Shown here one piece after another: positions 53,225 to 61,800 of a DNA stretch of 64,000 bases; position 1 is the first letter of the stretch; each line of letters begins with the position of its first letter. The DNA comes from an uncultured Oscillospiraceae bacterium (GTDB lineage Bacteria; Bacillota; Clostridia; Oscillospirales; Oscillospiraceae): contig CAKTNQ010000001.1 in assembly GCA_934589185.1 (NCBI GenBank), positions 35,433 to 99,432 on the forward strand, given 5' to 3'. The notes below the pieces were generated by a model, which worked only from the letters and a program-made list of their open reading frames with translations, did no database searches and was not told the DNA's origin. The position numbers were made by a program, and so were the translations under genes.

Positions 53225-54073
53225 ATGAGAAAACTGATGAACAAAATCGACCGGTTTTGCTATATGCACCCGCGCTTTGGTATTCCGAACCTGATGCTGA
53301 TCGTCGTCATTGGCAATGCGGCCGTCTGGCTGCTGACAAAAATGGACACGACCGGGCAGATCGTCTCGCTCCTGAGCGGCTCGGCGCAGGGCATCCTACA
53401 CGGGCAGGTCTGGCGTCTGGTGACGTATGTGTTCGTGCCGACGGAGGCCAGTCCTATCTGGCTGCTGGTGATGCTGTATTTTTACTATTGGATCGGCTCA
53501 TGCCTCGAGCGCGAGTGGGGCAACGGCAAATTCACGATTTATTACGTGAGCGGCATGCTGCTCACGGCGATCTACGGCGTGGTGCTCTCGGCCATCCTCG
53601 GGCGCGACGTGGTCGTCTCGACTACGTACCTGAACCTGTCGATGTTCTTCGCCTTTGCCACGCTCTATCCGGATATGCAGGTGCTGCTGTTTTTCATCAT
53701 CCCGATCAAGGTGAAGTATCTGGCGTATGTGGACGCGGCGCTGTTCGTGCTCGGCATCGTCACGACGTCGTTCCCGCTGAACCTGCTGCCGGTGGTGGCG
53801 GTGCTCAACTATCTGGTCTACTGCGGCGACTGGCTGTTTGCCTTTTTCCGTCCGTCGCATGTGCGCCAGCGGCAGAAAACGGTGAACTTCAAGCGCGAGG
53901 CCCGGCGCATCCAGCGCGAGCAGGCCAACAAGCCCTATCACTATAAATGCGCCGTCTGCGGCCGCACGGATGTCGATCATCCGGAGCTAGAGTTTCGCTA
54001 CTGTTCGCGCTGTGTGGGCTATCACTGCTTCTGCCAGGATCATATCAACAACCATGTGCATTTCACGGAGTGA
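53225..54073 (+). CDS. rhomboid-like membrane protein with C-terminal Cys/His zinc-ribbon
   Basis: ORF 53165-54073, start moved to ATG 53225 (GGAGG SD). WRLVTYVFVP...YFYYWIGSCLEREWGNGKFTIYYVSGML resembles rhomboid TM2-TM4. I could not find the TM6 catalytic His. The tail is YKCAVCGR...YCSRCVGYHCFCQDHINNHVH. Confidence 0.5.
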   Translation: MRKLMNKIDRFCYMHPRFGIPNLMLIVVIGNAAVWLLTKMDTTGQIVSLLSGSAQGILHGQVWRLVTYVFVPTEASPIWLLVMLYFYYWIGSCLEREWGNGKFTIYYVSGMLLTAIYGVVLSAILGRDVVVSTTYLNLSMFFAFATLYPDMQVLLFFIIPIKVKYLAYVDAALFVLGIVTTSFPLNLLPVVAVLNYLVYCGDWLFAFFRPSHVRQRQKTVNFKREARRIQREQANKPYHYKCAVCGRTDVDHPELEFRYCSRCVGYHCFCQDHINNHVHFTE

Positions 54074-54078
54074 CGGCC

Positions 54079-54903
54079 ATGCAGACCAAAGACATGAAAA
54101 AAGACTATGAAGTTGCGGTGCTCGACCCGGCGGGCAACGTCACGGCCATTGTGCTCTCGGATGTGCCTGCGGCGGAGCGCGCGCGGGCCGCGGCGCGGCT
54201 GCTGCGCCTGCCGGAGCTGCACATTGAGCAGGTCGCGTTCCTGACCGCACCGCGCTGCGGCGGTGAGATCCGGCTGGAGATGATGGGCGGTGAGTTTTGC
54301 GGCAACGCGCTGCGCTGTGCTGGCTTTTATCACGCGCTGCGCACCGGCGCGCAGGGGAAAACCTGCGTCTTTGCCGAGATCAGCGGGGCCGAGGGCGTTC
54401 AGCCGGTCATGGCGGACACGGCGGCGGGGGAGGCGTCCACGGTGATGCCGCTGCCGCGCGCGGTGCAGCCGGTCGAGTGGCCGGATGTGCCGGCCGTGCG
54501 CGTGACGTTCGACGGCATCACGCACTTCGTCATTGACCGTGCGCAGCCGGACGATGCACTCGTGCAGCGCGCCATTGCCGCTGCGCCGGAGGCAAGCGCC
54601 GTCGGCGCTCTGTTTCTCGACCGGGCGGCCGGCAGCATGCGGCCGGTCGTTTTTGTGCGCGAGACTGGCTCCTGCGTTGCGGAGACGAGCTGCGCCTCCG
54701 GCAGTGTTGCGACTGCCGTGGTGCTCACGGCGGACTTTGCCGACGGCATCACGGAGATCGGCATCGGCCAGCCGGGCGGCACGCTGGAGGTCGGCATGCA
54801 GCGCGCCCATGGCGCGGTGACGGGGCTGTCCATTGGCGGCCCGGTGCGTCTGGCGCAGACGCTGACCGTCACACTGCCGGATACGGCGGACGCGTCGTGT
54901 TAA
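54079..54903 (+). CDS. DapF-fold (diaminopimelate epimerase-like) PLP-independent racemase/epimerase family protein
   Basis: In-frame ATG 54079 in ORF 53947-54903 (GGAG SD). Two Cys motifs, GGEFCGNALRC and ETSCASGSVA, match the paired catalytic-Cys positions of the DapF fold. Confidence 0.55.
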   Translation: MQTKDMKKDYEVAVLDPAGNVTAIVLSDVPAAERARAAARLLRLPELHIEQVAFLTAPRCGGEIRLEMMGGEFCGNALRCAGFYHALRTGAQGKTCVFAEISGAEGVQPVMADTAAGEASTVMPLPRAVQPVEWPDVPAVRVTFDGITHFVIDRAQPDDALVQRAIAAAPEASAVGALFLDRAAGSMRPVVFVRETGSCVAETSCASGSVATAVVLTADFADGITEIGIGQPGGTLEVGMQRAHGAVTGLSIGGPVRLAQTLTVTLPDTADASC

Positions 54904-54996
54904 TTCGTAAACTATGCTTGCATATTTGCGCGCAATCATGTAGCATATTGTAAGATATTGCGCAGGGAATTGTACATATGGAGAGGAGAATGTGTG

Positions 54997-55236
54997 ATGA
55001 AATGTCCCCGCTGCGGTCATGAAATGACGCTGGATACCCATCGGAAGTATGCGCTGAACATGTGCTATGAGTGCGGCTATATCGAAGGCCGTCTGATCGA
55101 CCCCGAGAAGAAGGGCGAGACGAACTTTGAGCGCATGAAGAAACTCAACTTCAACGAAATGGTCGCGTTCCTGACCAAGGGTCTGAACCTGGACGAGGCC
55201 AAGCTGGCCGACTGGCTGGACGACGAGGCCAAGTGA
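54997..55236 (+). CDS. small zinc-ribbon protein
   Basis: ORF 54958-55236, start moved to ATG 54997 (GAGAGGAGA SD). MKCPRCGHEM...CYECGY. Confidence 0.5.
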   Translation: MKCPRCGHEMTLDTHRKYALNMCYECGYIEGRLIDPEKKGETNFERMKKLNFNEMVAFLTKGLNLDEAKLADWLDDEAK

Positions 55237-55257
55237 CCCGCACCACCGTATTTTACG

Positions 55258-55292
55258 CGCCGCACCCAATACCGGGTGCGGCGTGTTTTTTT
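55258..55292 (+). terminator. rho-independent terminator
   Basis: cgccgcaccc-aatacc-gggtgcggcg plus T7. Confidence 0.75.
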
Positions 55293-55328
55293 GCACCGGA
55301 CGGATGCGGCAGATCGCCGAGAATTTGC

Positions 55329-55358
55329 TTGACACGCCGGGGAGCACCATTGTATAAT
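55329..55358 (+). promoter_or_regulatory. strong sigma70-type promoter ahead of the surface-protein locus
   Basis: TTGACA (55329-55334), 18-nt spacer, TATAAT (55353-55358) preceded by TG. This predicts a ~210-nt leader to ATG 55576. Confidence 0.55.
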
Positions 55359-55504
55359 ACCAAGCGCGTGGACAGGCGTTTGCTTTTGCAGCGCACTTTT
55401 CTTTTCAATAGGGGTTTGGTGTGTCTAACTCCTGAGATTTTGTCGGAAGTATCCGCGCCCGGCCGTGCAGACACGCAGAAGCGTGCATTTCTTTTCAGCA
55501 AGAG

Positions 55505-55538
55505 TTAGATTACTCTAATTTATATTAGATAAATCTAA
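55505..55538. promoter_or_regulatory. array of four alternating TTAGA/TCTAA half-sites (three overlapping palindromes)
   Basis: TTAGA(55505)-ttac-TCTAA(55514)-tttata-TTAGA(55525)-taaa-TCTAA(55534). Half-sites are spaced 9-11 bp apart. The 60-nt line 55501-55560 is 25% G+C. Confidence 0.45.
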
Positions 55539-55575
55539 TCAAGACTTTCAACGAAACCATTTGGAGGAAACATTC

Positions 55576-58500
55576 ATGCAGCAATTATTCAAACGGATGC
55601 TGTCGGTGCTCCTGGCGGCCGCCGTCCTGCTGTCGCTGACGGTGACGGCGTTCGCGGCCGACGGCGGCGCGGACACGGCGCTCACGGCGGCGGATTATGC
55701 CGCTGCGGACGCGTTGTTCGACGCGCTCGATGGCGTGGAGCAGGAAGCGGTGCGGCGGGATGCGTCCACAGACGGGCGCACACAGACCATCTGCGACTAT
55801 CTCAACGCGCAGGACACGGTCGTATCCGGCTCGGTCGAGACGAGCGGCGACCAGATCACCTGGATGACGGAGCAGGGCATTGCCTGCGCCTATTCCCCGC
55901 GTCTGGAGCAGATCGCGGCGGCGGCAGAGTCTACGGCCGACGATACGCCCGACGTGCAGACGCGCACCTACGCCGCGCGCGGCACGCAGCACGGGCGCGA
56001 TGTGTACCTGTTCCAGCCGTACTACGGCATTGACCGCAGCTTCACCGAGCAGTACCAGAAGGAGGCCCAGCGCGTGGCGCAGGCGTCCGAGGGCACGTAT
56101 CACTACTACAAGGGCGAAGCGGCGACGATCGACGCCATTGCGGATGCGATCACGGACGGCGGCCTTGTCATCTTCGACTCGCACGGCTCGACGGATTATG
56201 AAAACGGTGAGGACTACACCTCCGGTGCTACGACGTCCTACCTCTGCCTGCAGACGGGCGACGGCCTGACCAAGGCAGACTATGATGACGGACACGCCGT
56301 CTACAGCAGCTCGAGCAGCAGCATGAAATATTTCCTCGTGGACGGTACGGTCATCGCCGATCATATGGACGCCGATGCGCAGGCCAACAATGGCCTGCTC
56401 TGGATGGCGATCTGCCTCGGCATGGCGACCGACGGTCTGGAAAAGCCGCTCATGGATCGCGGCCTCGGTGTTGTGTACGGCTACAGCCAGTCGGTCACGT
56501 TCGTTGGTGACTACACGTTTGAGGCCGCATTCTTTGACAGCCTGCTCGGCGGCAGCACCGTCGCTGAGGCGGTCCGTGATATGAAGGCGACCTGCGGCGC
56601 GTGGGACTGCTCGCCGCAGATCTGCCAGGCCAACGGTATGCCCAGCAGCTATCAGATGACGACGCTGGAGGCAGCGCAGCGCGGCCGCGCCGCGTTCCCG
56701 GTCGTCGTCTCCGCGGACGATACCTATCCAGGCCATGGCAATGTCGACGCGCTGCAGAATGTCAACTCCGGTTGGGCGCTGCTCGACCGCTATGCTCTGA
56801 CGGCAGACACCGACACGCCGGAGTATGGCTCCGTGACGCAGCGGGGCATGACCATCACGGCCAACGCCAACACCGGCTATTACGCCTCCGGCTACACCGT
56901 CACGCCCGAGGGTGCGGCAACGGTGCGTCAGGACGGCGATACCTTCCGCGTTTCCGCGCTGCGGCAGGACTGCAAGGTGACGATCCACTTCGCCGCCAAG
57001 ACGCCGGCGACCGTGCACTTCTCAGTGCCGGGTGGTGTGACGCAGTCGGACGCCGCCGGTTATATCGGCGATCCGATCACGCTCCCGCAGCCGACGGGTA
57101 CGCCCACGGCTGACGCGCAGGACTATCACTTCGTCGGCTGGACGACCGAGCCGGTTAAAACACCGGTCGTGAGCACGCAGGTGCTCCGCGCGGGCGAGCG
57201 CTATGACGTCACGAGTGCGGAGACGACGCTCTACGCGCTCTATCAATACTTTGCCACACCGGATGGCCGGACGCCCGCGTTCTCCGCCGTGACGGCGGAC
57301 ACCGACGACTGGAGCGGGACGTATGTCCTGCGCGGCGGTGACAGCGTCCTGCGCTGCGACGGCGCCGTTTACGGGGCGGCGCTGGGCAGCGCCGCTGCCG
57401 CCGTGCCGCTCGCGAATACCGGCATCACCGTGGACGCGGACGGCAATGTCTCCGGCGTCTCCAGCACGTATACCGTGCAGATTACGCGCGTGCCCGGGAC
57501 GGAGCAGTACACCATCCGGCTCGGCGGCGCAATGTCGTCGGTTTATCTGGCCTGCCGCTCGAACAGCGACCAGCTCAATTCCGCCGTGGACGGCGGCAGC
57601 AGCTATGCCCGCTGGCTCATCAGCTGGCAGGACGGCCATGTTGTCATTCAAAACGCACGCTACATGGCGCGCAGCTTGCAGTTTTGCGCAGATAAGCAAT
57701 ATTTCCGCTGCGTGCGCGGCACCGAGACGCCGCTGACGCTCTATCGCGGCGAAGACAGCGGCCTGTGGTACACCACGCTGCTGCAGTCGGCCCATGTGCA
57801 TCAGTATGTGGAGTCCGCCTGTCAGGCGGCGACCTGCACGGAGCCCGGCTGGGTGGAATATGCCTGCACCGCCTGCGGCAGCACCTACCGCGACACGCTC
57901 AATCCGCTCGGTCATGCGTTCCATGACAAGGCTTCCGCCGTGTGCGCGCAGGCGGCGACCTGCACCGAGCCCGCGCAGTATTTTGTGCAGTGCGACCGCT
58001 GCGATGCTGTTAGTGAGACGCTGACGGTCGTGGCTGGTGATCCGCTCGGTCATGCGTTCCATGACAAGGCTTCCGCCGTGTGCGCACAGGCGGCGACCTG
58101 CACCGAGCCTGCGCAGTATTTTGTGCAGTGCGACCGCTGCGATGTCGTCAGCGAGACGCTGACGGTCGCGGCCGGCGATTCGCTCGGCCACAGCTATGAT
58201 AGAAACGGCGCCTGTGTCCGCTGCGGCGCGCTGATGCCGGTCACACCGTTCGATGACGTTCCGGAGGACGCCTATTATAACGACGCGGTCTATTGGGCCG
58301 TCCGCCGCGGCATCACGAGCGGCGTCGGCGGCAATCGCTTTGCCCCGGACGAAACGTGCACGCGCGCGCAGATCGTGACCTTCCTCTGGAACGTTGCCGG
58401 CAATCCGGAGCCGAAATCCCTGACCGTCCCGTTCGCGGACGTGTCGGCGGACGCTTACTATTACAAGGCCCTGTGCTGGGCGACCGAAAACGAGACCACC

Positions 58501-58770
58501 TACGGCACGAGCGACACAACCTTCTCCCCGGACGGCATCGTGACGCGCTCGCAGGCGGTGGCGCTGATGTGGCGCGTCGCCGGCAGTCCGGATGCCTCCG
58601 CGGACGAGACGTTCACGGACGTTCCGGCGGACGCGTATTACGCGGCTGCGGTGCGCTGGGCCGTTGCAAATGACATCACGGCGGGTACGGGCGGCAACCG
58701 CTTTTCGCCGCTGGCCCCCTGCACACGCGCACAGATCGTTGCGCTTTTGTACAATCAACTGCATGCATGA
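55576..58770 (+). CDS. secreted clan-CD-like cysteine peptidase with Listeria/Bacteroides-type repeat, 4-Cys modules and three C-terminal SLH domains
   Basis: ORF 55561-58770, ATG 55576 after GGAGGA. Signal peptide ...LTVTAFAADG. His/Cys dyad candidates VIFDSHGS and LWMAICLG. YHFVGW...TLYALY repeat. CxxxTCTEPxxYxxCxxC modules. Three SLH repeats (FDDVPEDAYY..., FADVSADAYY..., FTDVPADAYY...). Confidence 0.75.
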   Translation: MQQLFKRMLSVLLAAAVLLSLTVTAFAADGGADTALTAADYAAADALFDALDGVEQEAVRRDASTDGRTQTICDYLNAQDTVVSGSVETSGDQITWMTEQGIACAYSPRLEQIAAAAESTADDTPDVQTRTYAARGTQHGRDVYLFQPYYGIDRSFTEQYQKEAQRVAQASEGTYHYYKGEAATIDAIADAITDGGLVIFDSHGSTDYENGEDYTSGATTSYLCLQTGDGLTKADYDDGHAVYSSSSSSMKYFLVDGTVIADHMDADAQANNGLLWMAICLGMATDGLEKPLMDRGLGVVYGYSQSVTFVGDYTFEAAFFDSLLGGSTVAEAVRDMKATCGAWDCSPQICQANGMPSSYQMTTLEAAQRGRAAFPVVVSADDTYPGHGNVDALQNVNSGWALLDRYALTADTDTPEYGSVTQRGMTITANANTGYYASGYTVTPEGAATVRQDGDTFRVSALRQDCKVTIHFAAKTPATVHFSVPGGVTQSDAAGYIGDPITLPQPTGTPTADAQDYHFVGWTTEPVKTPVVSTQVLRAGERYDVTSAETTLYALYQYFATPDGRTPAFSAVTADTDDWSGTYVLRGGDSVLRCDGAVYGAALGSAAAAVPLANTGITVDADGNVSGVSSTYTVQITRVPGTEQYTIRLGGAMSSVYLACRSNSDQLNSAVDGGSSYARWLISWQDGHVVIQNARYMARSLQFCADKQYFRCVRGTETPLTLYRGEDSGLWYTTLLQSAHVHQYVESACQAATCTEPGWVEYACTACGSTYRDTLNPLGHAFHDKASAVCAQAATCTEPAQYFVQCDRCDAVSETLTVVAGDPLGHAFHDKASAVCAQAATCTEPAQYFVQCDRCDVVSETLTVAAGDSLGHSYDRNGACVRCGALMPVTPFDDVPEDAYYNDAVYWAVRRGITSGVGGNRFAPDETCTRAQIVTFLWNVAGNPEPKSLTVPFADVSADAYYYKALCWATENETTYGTSDTTFSPDGIVTRSQAVALMWRVAGSPDASADETFTDVPADAYYAAAVRWAVANDITAGTGGNRFSPLAPCTRAQIVALLYNQLHA
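57904..58179 (+). repeat. tandem 138-bp (46-codon) duplication inside the peptidase gene
   Basis: Copies at 57904-58041 and 58042-58179 differ at a handful of positions (PLGHAFHDKASAVCAQAATCTEPAQYFVQCDRCDA/VVSETLTVV/AAGD). Confidence 0.85.
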
Positions 58771-58877
58771 TATGCCGGAACCGGCCGGCGGAAAGGGAAG
58801 GTGAGGCCTACACACAGACTCATTGCACTCACAAACCATGTACATACCAATTCATTTCAGGAGGTAATGACCAACCC

Positions 58878-61800
58878 ATGAACAAGACAATCACCAAACG
58901 GCTCCTGTCTCTGGTGCTGCTGGTGGTCATGCTCGTCGGCTGCGCGCTCCCGGCCTATGCCGTGGACACCGGCGCAAGCGGCGACCTGACCGCAGCGTAT
59001 GCACTCCGGGGCACGGCCTACAAGGACGGCGTCTATGAAGGCACCGGAAAGGGCTTTAAAGACGGCGAGATCAAGGTCAAAGTGACCATCACCGACGGCA
59101 AGATCGCCAAGGTGGAGCTCGTCAGCCAGGAAAAGCAGAGCTATTGGGACTCGAAGAATGTTTCTTCGCTCTTTGACGAGATCGTCAAGGCCAACAGCAC
59201 CGAGATCGACGGCGTTTCCGGCGCGACCATGAGCAGCAACGGTGTCAAGGCTGCGGTCAACGATGCGCTGAGCAAGGCGCTCGTCACCGCGCCTGAGCAG
59301 CCGGGTGGCAGCATCTTTGCCGCCGGCACCGGCGCGAAGTCCGACCCGTATCTGATCCGTACGGTCGATCAGCTCAAGGCGTTCGCGGCCTCGGTCAACG
59401 GCGGTGAGACCTACGCGAGCCAGTACGTCACGCTCGACGCCGATCTTGACCTCACCGGTGAGAGCTGGACGCCGATTGGCGGCGACAACGGCAGCTTCAA
59501 CGGCATCTTCAACGGCGACAACCACACGATCGCCGGCCTGGCCATCGGCACGAAGGCCGAGTCCGCCGCGTGTGCGTATGCCGGCCTCTTCGGCCTTGTC
59601 GGCCAGGGCGGCGCGATTCGCAATCTGGGTGTCAAGGATGCGTTTATCAACAACAAAACCACAGATGAAGACCCTGCGGTCGGCATTCTGGCGGCGGCTA
59701 CCGGCGAGAGCAGCGTGATCGACGGCTGCTGGGTCAGCGGCACGATCGTTAGTGATGCGGCCGGTGACAATAACTACACCTACGTCGGCGGTGTTGTCGG
59801 CAACGGCGGCGGCAAGAGCCTGGTGTGCAACACCTGGGCGGACGTGCAGATCGCGGCCAAGGGCAGCGATACCGGCGCGGGCGGCATCGTCGGCTGGACG
59901 AGCAACGATTCCGCGGTCATCAACTGCGCGGCATTCGGCACGATCGGCAACTACTGCGACGGCTCCATGATGTACGGCGCAGGCGGCATCGTCGGCTACA
60001 GCTGCGGCGCGATCTACGCCTGCTACTCCGACGTGACCCTGCACATGGACGCCATGTCCGATGCGGGCGACGGCTCCGATGTGCCAATCGGCGGCATTGC
60101 CGGTTCTCCGGCGGCACTCACGGCGGCCTATCGCTGCTGGTTCAACGCTGACGCGGCGCAGACCTACTACGGCGATGAAGCGGTGGCGGAGCCGGTCGCG
60201 GTCGGCTATGACATGCTCAACTACTCTGTCAGCGATCAGGAGGAGTGCGCCGGTCTGACTTCGGCAGAGCTCACCTCCGGCGTGCTGGCGACGAAGCTTG
60301 CCGACGCGCTCACGGAGGAAAAGCTTGCCGATGCGCAGGCGTATTTCTCCGACAAGGCGGTTGGCCTGCTGGGCAACGGCGTTACGATGAACAGCCTGCT
60401 GAGCATGAGCGAAAACGGCTGGAACAGCTGGCAGGTCGAAAACGGCCGCCTGCTGCCGACCGGTGAGGGCAGCAATCAGCCCGTCGACCCGAGCGATTTC
60501 TTCGCCGGCGGCGAGGGCACGCAGGCCGATCCCTATCGCATCGAGACCGAGGCGCAGCTGCGCGGATTCGCAGAGGCCACCCAGAGCGGCAAGCTCAGCA
60601 CCACGAACCTGTACATCCGGCTCGACGCCGATATCGCGCTCTCGGAAGAGGCGTGGACGCCGATCGCCAAGTTTGGCGGCAGCTTTGACGGCGACGGCCA
60701 CACCGTCTCCGGCATGACCATCGGCACGAGTGCGCAGCCGTCGGAGCGCACCTCCGCCGGTTTCTTCGAGACGCTGGCAAACGGCGCGTCGGTCAGCAAC
60801 CTCAAGCTGACGGACGTCTCGGTCAACGTCGCGCGCACGGGCAGCAGCCTCGATGATGCGGTCTATGCCGGCGGTCTCGTCGGCGGCGGCCAGACCATGG
60901 GCGCCGACGTCCGCATCGACAACTGCTCGGTCACGGGCGGCACCATTTCCGCGTCCTCCGGCATGCACGTGTACGCGGGCGGCCTTGCTGCCAGACTCGG
61001 CGGGACCAACTACGTCACCAACTGCTATGCAGATATCGACATCACGGCGGCAAGCAGCAAGTATGTTGCCAGCGCCGGCGGCCTTGTCGGCACGTTCGGC
61101 AGCAGCAGCTTCGTCGGCAACTGCGCCGCGCTCGGCGCTGTCGCCGCCAGCGGCAACAGCCAGGAGTATAACAGAGTCAGAGCGGGCGGCCTGCTGGCTT
61201 CGGCCCCGTTCCTGACTGAAAACTGCTACGCTTCCGGCAATGTCACCCTGACGAATGCCAGCAGCGACTATGACGCCTATGCCGGCACGCTCATCGGAGA
61301 GCAGAGCGGCAGCGCCGTCGTGGACAGCCACTACAGCAGCAAGGCGGTGCTCACCGTCAACGGCGAGAGCAAGGACCTCATCGCAGTCGGCAAGACGCCC
61401 AGCAGCTGGTACAGCGGCATCAACTACAATAAGATCACGGCGCAGGACGACGTCACGAACGACGCCTTTGCTGCCGTCCTGAATCAGGGCATCTCCGCCG
61501 AGGGTCTCGCCGCGACGGATGAATACCTCATCAACAGCGGCAAGTTCTCCGGCTACACGGCCGAGGGCCTTGCGGCCATGCGTCCGGCAGTCTGGCAGAG
61601 ATGGGGCGCTGCCGACGGTAAGGTCCTGCCCGGCGTGAAGGCCAAGAGCATCTTTGCCTCCGGCACCGGCACCAAGGACGATCCCTTCGTCATCGAGACG
61701 GAGGCGCAGCTGCGCGCGTTTGCCGCCTCCACCATCGGCGACAATGCGGTCGACTACGCGGGCCAGTATATCGCGCTCGACGCGGACATCACCCTCAACG

